Positions 38,385 through 47,959 of a stretch of DNA of 64,000 nt are shown one piece after another. Source of the stretch: Minisyncoccota bacterium (GTDB lineage: Bacteria; Patescibacteriota; Minisyncoccia; Phycocordibacterales; UBA9973); contig JBAYHR010000001.1 of NCBI GenBank assembly GCA_041666045.1, positions 187,391 to 251,390 of the forward strand. The letters are read 5' to 3'. The notes under the pieces are model-generated. The model had not been told where the DNA came from, made no database searches, and was given only the letters and a program-made list of their open reading frames with translations. The position numbers were made by a program, and so were the translations under genes. How positions within the stretch are numbered: the stretch's first letter is position 1; every line of letters begins with the position of its first letter.

Positions 38385-38412
38385 TTGTCGATATAAAATG
38401 TCATGCTATAAT
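38385..38412 (+). promoter_or_regulatory. Sigma70-like promoter (TTGTCG-16nt-TATAAT) for the downstream methyltransferase gene
   Basis: Near-consensus -35 and -10 hexamers with a 16-nt spacer. This implies the real start is ATG 38437, not the track start at 38398. Confidence 0.5.
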
Positions 38413-38436
38413 ATTACTGTAAATAATTGTAAAATT

Positions 38437-39153
38437 ATGGAAAACATATTTAAGAATATTTTTAACAAAAAACCAAATGTTGAAAAGCGAGTCAAGGACG
38501 ATGAACAGAATAAACTCGCTGGGCAGTATCGACAAAACAGTATTGAGCATCCACACCAGCCGGCTGGTGGTCGAGATTTAAAGACATATGAATCTCAACT
38601 GCTTTTTGACAAAAATGAATTAAAAGGTAAAAGAGTTTTGGATTTGGGGGCTGGGCCAGAAGTGAAGATTGCAAAAGAATTAAAAGAATCAGAAATTACG
38701 AGTGATGTTGTTTCATTGAGTCCAGATTTTGCCGTTGAAAAACATTTAAAAAAAGCCAAAGAATCATTTCCAGAAGGTAAATTCGAATTTGGGTTAGGGC
38801 AAAATATGCCATTCCCGGATAAATCTTTCGATGTTGTACTCGCGTCGCATATAGATGAATATTTATCCCGGGAAGATTTTTTTAAGGTAATCGCGGAGAT
38901 GGCTAGGGTACTCAAGGATGGTGGTTGGGCCAAGATTGGTCCAACGGTTGATATCCCTGGCGATTGGAATGCATATGAAAGTATTAGAGAAAACCAAGAA
39001 TTATTTTCTAGTCTGACTGAATTGCATGTCGATGTTACTAAAGAACTCGTATCAGAAATGGGCTTGATGTCAGTTAAAGATGGCTATGGCAACAGATTCG
39101 AAACGCCATTTTTTAATATCGTGCTCAAAAAGAAACCCAATTTAAATTACTAA
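38437..39153 (+). CDS. Class I SAM-dependent methyltransferase
   Basis: VLDLGAGPEVK motif I. Contains the GC-rich 16-bp perfect palindrome caccagccggctggtg at 38554-38569, in-frame. Confidence 0.6.
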   Translation: MENIFKNIFNKKPNVEKRVKDDEQNKLAGQYRQNSIEHPHQPAGGRDLKTYESQLLFDKNELKGKRVLDLGAGPEVKIAKELKESEITSDVVSLSPDFAVEKHLKKAKESFPEGKFEFGLGQNMPFPDKSFDVVLASHIDEYLSREDFFKVIAEMARVLKDGGWAKIGPTVDIPGDWNAYESIRENQELFSSLTELHVDVTKELVSEMGLMSVKDGYGNRFETPFFNIVLKKKPNLNY

Positions 39154-39172
39154 TCAGAGGAATGTATTAAAA

Positions 39173-40447
39173 TTATTTTCTAGTTAAAAGAATCATCAAA
39201 TCTGAAACATTTGAACCTGTTGCCCCAGTCATAATCATATCACCAGATTTTTGGAATACTGGATAAGCGTCAAAACGGTCAATATAATCATCAAGATTTA
39301 ACCTTATTTTTTCTATTTTTTCTAAGGTAATTTTATCAATCACAGCCCCCGCAGAATCACCATTATCCATACCATCTGACGCAAGAGACAAGAATACCGA
39401 ATTTTCATCAACAAGCTTCATCTTAAGCGCTCTGAGGCCCATAAATAGGTTCCTACCACCACTTCCACCCTTCTTTGTAACCTCAAGTTTTGGCTCTCCT
39501 GCTGCAAGAACAACAGTATTATCTCTTTGTGCTTTAAATATTTTTTTTAAGGCTTCGTCTATTTCTTCATAAAGTTCAGTAGAAACAATATTAGTTTCAA
39601 AACCAAGTTCTTTCGCTTTTTTATCCATAGCCTCTACTGCAGTTTTATTTGAAACTAAAACAAAATTATTAACCTTTTTAAAATATTTGTCATCCTTAGG
39701 TGTCTCAACTAAATTAAATTTTCCTAAATTATTTTCATCAATTACTTTTTGAATATCAGTTACAGTTGTCTCATCTTTATAAGTTGGACCAGAAGCAACT
39801 TCATTAAAATTATCTCCTGGAACATCAGAAAAAATAAGACCGATAACGGTAGCTGGATAAGCAATCTTAGCTAAACCTCCGCCCTTAAGAACAGATAAAT
39901 GTTTGCGTACGTTATTCATTTCATTTATCGTCTTGCCAGTCTTTAAAAAATTATCATAAATATTTTGCCCTTGCACACATTCTTCTTCTGAAGAACATAA
40001 AAGCGCAGAGCCTCCTCCAGAAACAATAGCAATAAGAAGATCATCCTCATTAGATTTATCTGCTATTTCTAATATTTTTTTACCAGGCTCTATATTAACT
40101 TTAGATGGTCGAGGATGAGTCCCTGCAAATGTTTGTATATAATCACAACTAACTTTATGAAGGCCAATTACAACTCCTTCTTTAATTTTATTACCAAGTA
40201 TTTTTTCTAAAGCCAAAGCTCCATCACAAGACGCCTTACCAAAACCAACTACTTTTATTCTTTTAAATTTAGATAAATCAAAACTTTCATTATTTATTTT
40301 AAAAATATTATTCTCTAATTTAATAGAATTTAATATTACTTTTTCAGTATTTATAGAATCAAAACCAACTTCTGCTATTTCCAAAACCAATCTACGATTT
40401 TCTGTAATTGCTAAATCATTAAAATTTTTAATTCGATTTTCTGTCAT
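39173..40447 (-). CDS. Glycerate kinase (MOFRL family)
   Basis: KHLSVLKGGGLA and IVSGGGSALL motifs; 424 aa. Confidence 0.7.
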   Translation of the reverse strand: MTENRIKNFNDLAITENRRLVLEIAEVGFDSINTEKVILNSIKLENNIFKINNESFDLSKFKRIKVVGFGKASCDGALALEKILGNKIKEGVVIGLHKVSCDYIQTFAGTHPRPSKVNIEPGKKILEIADKSNEDDLLIAIVSGGGSALLCSSEEECVQGQNIYDNFLKTGKTINEMNNVRKHLSVLKGGGLAKIAYPATVIGLIFSDVPGDNFNEVASGPTYKDETTVTDIQKVIDENNLGKFNLVETPKDDKYFKKVNNFVLVSNKTAVEAMDKKAKELGFETNIVSTELYEEIDEALKKIFKAQRDNTVVLAAGEPKLEVTKKGGSGGRNLFMGLRALKMKLVDENSVFLSLASDGMDNGDSAGAVIDKITLEKIEKIRLNLDDYIDRFDAYPVFQKSGDMIMTGATGSNVSDLMILLTRK

Positions 40448-40452
40448 TTTTT

Positions 40453-41460
40453 TTATTTAACTAAATTTTGAAAATTACCAGAAATAAAACCTTTAATATT
40501 TTCTATTGTGGTTTTTAAAATATCTCCTTCCGCTTCTTTAGAATAAAAAGCTATATGGGGAGTAACAATAACATTTGGCATTTCCATCAATAAATGGTCT
40601 TCAACTAATATTTTGTAATCAACCTTTTCTTTGTTATTTCCATTAAATATTTCATTTTCTATTTTTAAATCTCTTTCTCCTTCTAAAACATCCAATCCCG
40701 CACCTGCAATAATCCCATTTTTAATTCCACCTATTAAAGCTTCTGTATCTACCAATGCACCACGGGCAGTATTTATCATTAAAACTCCTTTTTTCATTTT
40801 AGAAATATTATCCTTATTTATTAAATGATAATTTTCTTTTGTATAAGGTGTATGCAGTGTCACAATATCAGCTTCTGAAACAACTTCTTCTAATGTTTTA
40901 TATGTGACATTATTTTCTTTTGCAAAAGCTAAATCTGGATGAGGATCTGTTGCCACAACTTTCATATTAAAACCTCTAGCTATTTTTATTAAATTCTTTC
41001 CAATTCTTCCTGTTCCAACCACACCAATAGTTTTTTCATTTAAATCAAAACCTTCAAAAGATTTAGAAAAATTAAAATCATTTGTTTCTCTTATATAATT
41101 ATTTGCTTTTAAAACATTTCTTGAAAGATTCAACATTAAAGCAAAAGCAAATTCAGCAACAGTATGAGCTCCATAAGCAGGAACATTTGAAACAACAATT
41201 CCCTTTTGTGCGCAATATTTTAAATCAATATGCTCAAAACCAGTTGAACGTGTAATAATAAATTTTAAATTTGGCAACAAATCTAAGGCCTCTTTATTTA
41301 ACAAAGAATTAATAAAAACAGAAATTATTTCACAATCCTTTGCTTTACTAATATTATCTTTATCTAACTTTTCCTTACAAAAAGAAATCTCGCAGTCATT
41401 AAAAGAATTCTTCAAGATAGACTCATCTACTGCAGGTGATTCAAAAAATATTATTTTCAT
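40453..41460 (-). CDS. D-isomer-specific 2-hydroxyacid dehydrogenase
   Basis: GVVGTGRIGK NAD-binding motif; catalytic His context PHIAF. Confidence 0.8.
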   Translation of the reverse strand: MKIIFFESPAVDESILKNSFNDCEISFCKEKLDKDNISKAKDCEIISVFINSLLNKEALDLLPNLKFIITRSTGFEHIDLKYCAQKGIVVSNVPAYGAHTVAEFAFALMLNLSRNVLKANNYIRETNDFNFSKSFEGFDLNEKTIGVVGTGRIGKNLIKIARGFNMKVVATDPHPDLAFAKENNVTYKTLEEVVSEADIVTLHTPYTKENYHLINKDNISKMKKGVLMINTARGALVDTEALIGGIKNGIIAGAGLDVLEGERDLKIENEIFNGNNKEKVDYKILVEDHLLMEMPNVIVTPHIAFYSKEAEGDILKTTIENIKGFISGNFQNLVK

Positions 41461-41472
41461 AGCTTAATTATA

Positions 41473-41700
41473 TCATATTTTATCTTCTACAACTAAAAGC
41501 TTATGAGGATGGTGATGGCCATTTATTATTCTTATTTTACTTTTTGAAATATTAAAATATGAAGCTAAAAGCTCTATAATTTTCTTATTTGCCATATTTT
41601 TTTCTGCTTTTTCTTTAACTGAAATTATAAATTGATCAGGTGATTTTTGAATTATACTTTCCTTTTTTACTCCAACTGTAACTATTGCTTTAATATACAT
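41473..41700 (-). CDS. DUF167 (YggU) family protein
   Basis: 75-aa sequence typical of YggU-like proteins. Confidence 0.45.
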   Translation of the reverse strand: MYIKAIVTVGVKKESIIQKSPDQFIISVKEKAEKNMANKKIIELLASYFNISKSKIRIINGHHHPHKLLVVEDKI

Positions 41701-42078
41701 TTATTTAAATAAATTTTTTAAAAAAGAAAAGAAACCTTTAGCTTCTTCACCTTTTTTAACTTCTGATAAATTTTTGTCCTCTACCACAACAATAATATCC
41801 TCCCCTTCTTTTGCTAAACCAAACTTATTACGAATACTTTCTTCTATTCCTTTATCTGTATTTAAACTGGCAATATCAGATGAAAGTTTTTGTTTATCTT
41901 TTTGCAATTCATTAATTTTATCTTCCACTATTTTCCTATTTTTAACAGTATCCTGCATTTTATCAAAAAGACTCACCATATTCCAAATAAAAAAAAGAAC
42001 CAAAATAACTAAAAGAAATAAAACTGGCTTAGATTGCACTATGTTTTTAAATTTATTGCTTTTTTGAAAATTTTTCAT
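41701..42078 (-). CDS. Septum formation initiator (FtsB/DivIC-like)
   Basis: N-terminal TM segment followed by a coiled-coil (KINELQKDKQKLSSDIASL). Confidence 0.5.
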   Translation of the reverse strand: MKNFQKSNKFKNIVQSKPVLFLLVILVLFFIWNMVSLFDKMQDTVKNRKIVEDKINELQKDKQKLSSDIASLNTDKGIEESIRNKFGLAKEGEDIIVVVEDKNLSEVKKGEEAKGFFSFLKNLFK

Positions 42079-42212
42079 ATTATGCTAATATTATTACATG
42101 CTTTTCGATAAAAAACATCAAAAGAAAATACAAGTTATTTGGTCAGTCGTATGCATTCTCATAATAATAAGTATGATTTTGCTTTACTCTCCAATATTTC
42201 GTTTAAAGTAAA

Positions 42213-44027
42213 TCAATCATTCCCAGACCGCATCATTTTAAGAAACACATCCTGGGTGATGTTAATTTTTGCGTTTTCTTTCATTCTAGCTTTTCCTCTT
42301 TTCTGCTTTTCGAGAAGCTTTTTCTTGCGACTTACATCCCCACCACCAACAACCTTACTACCATGCATTAAAACATCTTTACGAAAAGAAGAAACAGTTT
42401 TTGAGGAAATAATCCTTCCTAATGCTTTTCCCTGAATTTTAAAAGCAATCTGCTGACGTGGAATAATATTATGTAATTTTTCAACAACTTTTTCCGCTTC
42501 TTCTTCTGCCCTTTTTTTAGAAATAACACGAGAAAATGCCGGCATAACTTCATCAGCAACAATCAAATCAAGTCTGGTAACATTAGCTTCACGCATCTCA
42601 CCTATTTCATAAGAAATTGATCCGTAACCAGATGAAGTGCTTTTTAATTCATCAAAAAAATTACGCATAAGTTCACGTAAAGGCATTTTTACAGAAATAA
42701 CAGAACGGCTATCCCCAAAATTTTCTGTTTCACCAACCTCACCCTCATGATCAAAAAGGAGTTGCATAATATTGCCTAAATATTTTGCTGGACTTATTAT
42801 TTTCAAATTAACCCATGGTTCAAATACAGTTTGTATATTACCATCATCAGGAAAAAAATATGGAGAGTAAATTTTTTCTTTTTTTCCATTTTTCATTATC
42901 ACTTCATATGTTATGGACGGCGTTGTTATGACCAATTTCAAATTAAATTCACGCTTCAATCGCTCAGTAATTATTTCTAAATGCAACATTCCCAAGAATC
43001 CACATCTAAAACCTCTTCCAAGAGAACCTGAAGATTCTTCTTCATATGAAAAAGCTGAATCTGAAAGCTTTAATTTTCCTAATGATAATTTAAGTTCTAA
43101 AAAATCATCTGCATCTTCTGGAAAAATAGAAGCCCAAACAACAGGTCTAGGTTGCATATAACCAGGCAAAGCTGGCAATGGATTTTTGAATTTAGTTATT
43201 GTATCTCCAACACTCGCTATACCAGGCTTCTTTATTCCTGTAACTATATATCCGGTATCACCAGATGAAAGAAATTCACATGGAGTTTCTTCGGGTGAAA
43301 AAGTTCCAACTTCAAGAGAATTAAACTTCTCATTTGATACAGAAAAAATTAAATTTTCACCACGAGTTATTTTTCCATCTAAAACACGAACAAAAACTAT
43401 AACTCCTTTATGATTTGAATATTTAAAATCAAAGACAAGAGCGCGGAAATTATTATCACCTTGATAAGTTTCTTTTGGTGAAGGAATTTGTTTTATAACT
43501 TCATTTAAAAGATTTTCTACTCCTTCTCCCGTACGCCCTGAAACCAATATAATTTCATTTGGATCACAATTTAAAAGCTTAACTACTTCATCCTTTACCT
43601 CTTCTACTCTTGATAATGGAGAATCAATCTTAGAAAGCACAGGTATAATTTTAAGTCCGCCATCACGAGCCATATTCAGTGTGGTAAGTGTCTGAGCCTG
43701 AACACCTTGAGTTGAATCAACAAGCAAAATAGAACCCTCAACAGCTTTTAATGCTCTAGAAACTTCATAAGAAAAATCTATATGCCCAGGTGTATCAATT
43801 AAATTTAAAATATAATTTTCATTATTATATTTATATTCCATTCGAACTGGTTGCATTTTAATTGTAATACCGCGTTCTCTTTCAAGATCCATAGAATCAA
43901 GCACTTGATCACGCATTTTTCGCATTTCTATTGTATGTGTTATCTCAAGCATTCTGTCCGCCAAAGTGCTTTTACCATGATCAATATGAGCTATAATTGA
44001 AAAATTTCTTATATACTTTAAATCCAT
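42213..44027 (-). CDS. lepA: Elongation factor 4
   Basis: IRNFSIIAHIDHGKSTLADR G1 motif, DTPGHIDF; ~600 aa LepA architecture. Confidence 0.95.
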   Translation of the reverse strand: MDLKYIRNFSIIAHIDHGKSTLADRMLEITHTIEMRKMRDQVLDSMDLERERGITIKMQPVRMEYKYNNENYILNLIDTPGHIDFSYEVSRALKAVEGSILLVDSTQGVQAQTLTTLNMARDGGLKIIPVLSKIDSPLSRVEEVKDEVVKLLNCDPNEIILVSGRTGEGVENLLNEVIKQIPSPKETYQGDNNFRALVFDFKYSNHKGVIVFVRVLDGKITRGENLIFSVSNEKFNSLEVGTFSPEETPCEFLSSGDTGYIVTGIKKPGIASVGDTITKFKNPLPALPGYMQPRPVVWASIFPEDADDFLELKLSLGKLKLSDSAFSYEEESSGSLGRGFRCGFLGMLHLEIITERLKREFNLKLVITTPSITYEVIMKNGKKEKIYSPYFFPDDGNIQTVFEPWVNLKIISPAKYLGNIMQLLFDHEGEVGETENFGDSRSVISVKMPLRELMRNFFDELKSTSSGYGSISYEIGEMREANVTRLDLIVADEVMPAFSRVISKKRAEEEAEKVVEKLHNIIPRQQIAFKIQGKALGRIISSKTVSSFRKDVLMHGSKVVGGGDVSRKKKLLEKQKRGKARMKENAKINITQDVFLKMMRSGND

Positions 44028-44057
44028 AAAGATATCTTAACAGAAAAATCCTTAATA

Positions 44058-45737
44058 TTAAAGTCCTTCTTGAACTGGAGCTATAACTTTTGCGCGCCAG
44101 AATTTAGTTTTTAAAACTTTTATTAATTCTTTTAATTCTTCATTTTTAAGCAAATAAAGTACTAAAACTCCTGTTAAAATTCCAAGAATTCCAGAAATAA
44201 AACCTTGAAAAAATATTCCAAAGAAAGTTGTTGTTCCAAAAATTGGAGAAAAAATATTTAAACTTAAATAAGCTATAAATCCTATAAAAAATGACGCGCC
44301 CAAACTTTGAAAAAAAGTCTTGATAATAAATTGTTCTTTTTTTATAAAATCTTTTTTTATAAAAAACCAAAGAAGAATAAAATTTATTATCGTGCCTAAT
44401 GAATACGCCAAAGGAAGCATTAACACTTCGGTACCAGAGATATCAGACACTTTTAATAAAGATTCAATAAAATATTGAAAAGCGGAATACTGTTTAAAAA
44501 TATACAAAAATAAATAAGAAAATAAAACAATGGATAAAGAAGAAATAAAATTTATTAAAAGCGGTCTTTTGGTATTGCCTCCCGCATAATATGCTCTTGC
44601 AAATAAAGCGATAAGTCCTTGCGCAACTATGGAAATTGAAAAAATAGCAAGCGATGCTGCGACAAGACGTGTATTTTCCCAAGAAAAAGATCCTGAACCT
44701 AAAATAACACGCACTATTTGCGCGCGAAGAACAATAAAAAGAAAAGTTATTGGCAAAGACCAAAATATAATTTGTCTTGCGGCAGATTTTAAATGAATTT
44801 TAAAATCATCTATTTTGCCAGAAGAATATGATTTAGTAAGAGTTGGAAAAGCAGCTACAGCATAAGAAAGGCCTATTATTCCAAGAGGTACTGATTGCAA
44901 ATTAAGAGAAAGATTAAAAATTGAAATAGATCCTCCTTTTAAAAAAGAAGCGAAAGAAATAATTAATATTAAAGCAATGTTGTTAAAAGAAAGACCTAAT
45001 GTTCTTGGAAGTGAAATAAGAACCGCTTTTTTAATATCTTTAAAATTAATTGAAAATGAAAATTTTGGAGCAAAACCACATCCGGAAGAAGCAAACGCTT
45101 GAATTAAAAAATGCATTAAAGCGCCCAATACAACACCCATAGCAAGTCCATAAATACCAAAAATTGGATAAATAAACAAAACTCCCAAAATTATTCCGAA
45201 ATTATAAAAGATAGGACTCAACGCATAAATAAAAAACTTGCGGAAAAGTTGAGTTATTGTTCCAAATAAATTTGAAAACCCCAAAAGAATTGGAGAAAGA
45301 AGCATTATGCGAGAAAGTTCAATAACCTTTTCTTGCATCACAGATGAAAAGCCCGGAGCAATTAGAAAAACAATATATGGCATTAAAATAAAAGCAATAA
45401 AAGATACAGATACTATTGCAATAAAAAATACTGTAAAAATATCATTTAAAAATTTCTTTGCCTCTTCTGTAACTTTTTCACCAGACATTTTGCTTACTAT
45501 AAATGGGATAAGAACAGTTATTGAAGCAAGAGATGCGATAGATATAAATATCAAATCAGGTATTCTAAATGCGGCATAATAAGCATCAAGCGATGCTGAT
45601 GGTCCTATAAAATGCGCAATAAAACGATCTCGAAATAACCCTAAAATCTGAGACAAAAAAGCAAAAACACCCAATAAAACAGCAGCTTGGTTTATACTTC
45701 CAAATTCTTTGCCAAAAACCCTTAAAATTTTATTCAT
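44058..45737 (-). CDS. murJ: Lipid II flippase MurJ (MviN)
   Basis: Polytopic protein with LSQILGLFRDRFIAHFIGPSASLDAYYAAFRIPD N-terminal signature. Confidence 0.8.
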   Translation of the reverse strand: MNKILRVFGKEFGSINQAAVLLGVFAFLSQILGLFRDRFIAHFIGPSASLDAYYAAFRIPDLIFISIASLASITVLIPFIVSKMSGEKVTEEAKKFLNDIFTVFFIAIVSVSFIAFILMPYIVFLIAPGFSSVMQEKVIELSRIMLLSPILLGFSNLFGTITQLFRKFFIYALSPIFYNFGIILGVLFIYPIFGIYGLAMGVVLGALMHFLIQAFASSGCGFAPKFSFSINFKDIKKAVLISLPRTLGLSFNNIALILIISFASFLKGGSISIFNLSLNLQSVPLGIIGLSYAVAAFPTLTKSYSSGKIDDFKIHLKSAARQIIFWSLPITFLFIVLRAQIVRVILGSGSFSWENTRLVAASLAIFSISIVAQGLIALFARAYYAGGNTKRPLLINFISSLSIVLFSYLFLYIFKQYSAFQYFIESLLKVSDISGTEVLMLPLAYSLGTIINFILLWFFIKKDFIKKEQFIIKTFFQSLGASFFIGFIAYLSLNIFSPIFGTTTFFGIFFQGFISGILGILTGVLVLYLLKNEELKELIKVLKTKFWRAKVIAPVQEGL

Positions 45738-45755
45738 TCTTTTTTACTTTTTTGT

Positions 45756-47846
45756 TTAATTATTGTTATCTTTTTTAGTATTATCTTTTGAGTTATTGAC
45801 ATTTACAGAAGAAACATTTTTCAAAGAATTAACATATTGTATTAAATCTTTATCTTGTGGAAAAAACAAAAGCGCGGTTTCAGCATAAGAAAGCGCCTCT
45901 GCGTTATTACCTTGCATTTTTGATATTTGAGAAAGAATAATAAATGCGTCTATATAATCTCCCTTAAGGGATAAAGCTTCTTTGGCATAATTTTTCGCAT
46001 CTTCTATTTTACCACCCGAAAAAGAAGAACGAGCTAAATTAATTTTAAGTCCAGGATTAATAGGATTTAATTCTGATGCTTTTTTATAAGCGTCTACAGC
46101 ATTATCATAAGCTCCTTGTACTCCAATAGGACCTACTGTATCATACACAAAACCAAGCATTTTAAAATTTAAATAATTTGCGGGATTAAATGCTATTGCA
46201 TTTTGAGCTCCAGCTATTGCTTGATCATAACTTGCTTGTAATTCTTTCTTTTCTATTTCAGAAATAGATTGACCTTTAGAAACCAAAGAATTTAATTTAG
46301 CAATATATACTTGAGAATAAGCGCGAAAATATAAATCATTTGAATAAAGAGCAATCGCTTTATTTATATACAATTCTGCATCAGGCATAGTTTGAGCTGA
46401 AAAAGTTTTTTGAAAATAAACAACTGAAGCAAAACGTTCCATATATTTAAATCCTGCTGAGGCAGTTATTACCATAATAATAACAAGAACAAGTATAGAG
46501 AAAAAACTTTTACGTGGATCATCTAATAAAGAAAAAGATATTTCTCCTTTTGTTTTATTGGCACAATATAAACCTATAAATATTCCAAGAAATGCAAAAG
46601 CTAAAAGAAACAAAGCTAATCCTACAGGATAAATAAAAGATGAAATAAATAAATAAATAGACATTATAAAGAATAAATTTATCTCTGAGTTTAATGTATT
46701 TTTTTTATTTGCAACAAAAAGAGATTTAAACCCAGCAATAAGCATAAGAATAAAAAATATAACAAAAGCTAAAATTCCCAAAGATCCATTTGTAATTGCA
46801 AAAGTTGGCAAGAATCCTGAACCAAAATTAAAAGATGTATCCCAAAAACGAGTAGAGTTAATTACAGATGGTTTATACATATCCCAGTTTTCAGTAAATC
46901 TATTTGGACCAGCTCCTAAAATAGGATCTTTTACTAAAACATTTTTAGCAACAGACATAGTAGAAGTAAGAGATGGTCTAATCTCAAGGTTTGAAACACC
47001 TAAACGATTTGGTAAAAATCCTCCAATAAATTGCCCTGCTATAATAAATAGAAGAGAAATCATAATAATAGAAAAAGAAACAGCTGGAAAAACTCTTTTA
47101 TTTATCTCTCCTTGTTTTGCACCTGCAAAAAAAGAAACTTTATAAACAAAAAGAAATAAAGAAAAAATTCCTAATATCCACCAAATTGCAGGAAAATTAA
47201 CTATTATAGCCAAAAAAACTGACAAAATCATTAAAATACCAAAAAATAATTTCATTCTTTTTGATATTAAAAAAAATTCAATAATAAAAAGAGAGATAAT
47301 AACAGAAAGTCCAATAAAAATTCCAAGCGTATTCCATGATCCTAAAATATTATCGGTCTTTCCTCCTAAAACTCCTAATGATAATATCTTTGGCATAAAT
47401 ATGTGAAAAATTTGAAATATAAACAAAAATAAAGAAGAAATAACTACTCCTTTTAAAACTATTTTTGCTTTCTTTACATCTCTCAAAACAATAGAAGATA
47501 TAAGCATTAAAAGAAAGGCAGAAAGCATAAAATAAAAAGTTCCAGTATCAAACATTATTCCAAAAAAAGAAACTTTTGGAACTGAAGAAAAAAGAGCAGA
47601 TAAAAGAAAAGATAAAACTATTCCAAAGCCAGCAACTAAAAGCCAAGATTTCGGCAAAATAATTTTTCCATCAGAAAAACGCGCTGCAGTCCAAAAAATA
47701 ATTGAAATTGCCAAGCCTATTATTAAAAGCAAACCTTTTGAAGTTTCTATCGGTATTTTTGTAAAAGGTAAAAAGAAAATTGGTAATAAAACGATCACTG
47801 AAAAAAGTGACCAAAAAGAAATTCTGTCTAAAATATTTGATAACAT
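45756..47846 (-). CDS. Polytopic membrane protein (O-antigen ligase/Wzy-like) with C-terminal TPR repeats
   Basis: ~12 TM segments followed by several TPR-like repeats (AIAFNPANYL..., AYKKASELNP..., AKEALSLKGD...). Confidence 0.5.
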   Translation of the reverse strand: MLSNILDRISFWSLFSVIVLLPIFFLPFTKIPIETSKGLLLIIGLAISIIFWTAARFSDGKIILPKSWLLVAGFGIVLSFLLSALFSSVPKVSFFGIMFDTGTFYFMLSAFLLMLISSIVLRDVKKAKIVLKGVVISSLFLFIFQIFHIFMPKILSLGVLGGKTDNILGSWNTLGIFIGLSVIISLFIIEFFLISKRMKLFFGILMILSVFLAIIVNFPAIWWILGIFSLFLFVYKVSFFAGAKQGEINKRVFPAVSFSIIMISLLFIIAGQFIGGFLPNRLGVSNLEIRPSLTSTMSVAKNVLVKDPILGAGPNRFTENWDMYKPSVINSTRFWDTSFNFGSGFLPTFAITNGSLGILAFVIFFILMLIAGFKSLFVANKKNTLNSEINLFFIMSIYLFISSFIYPVGLALFLLAFAFLGIFIGLYCANKTKGEISFSLLDDPRKSFFSILVLVIIMVITASAGFKYMERFASVVYFQKTFSAQTMPDAELYINKAIALYSNDLYFRAYSQVYIAKLNSLVSKGQSISEIEKKELQASYDQAIAGAQNAIAFNPANYLNFKMLGFVYDTVGPIGVQGAYDNAVDAYKKASELNPINPGLKINLARSSFSGGKIEDAKNYAKEALSLKGDYIDAFIILSQISKMQGNNAEALSYAETALLFFPQDKDLIQYVNSLKNVSSVNVNNSKDNTKKDNNN

Positions 47847-47959
47847 AATTATTTTTTAAAAAAAATTAATAAATAAAAACACATTACGACTCTTAATCCT
47901 AATATTATACTATAGTTTAATTTAAAAACGCAAACCTGCGCACTTAAACATTAGACTAT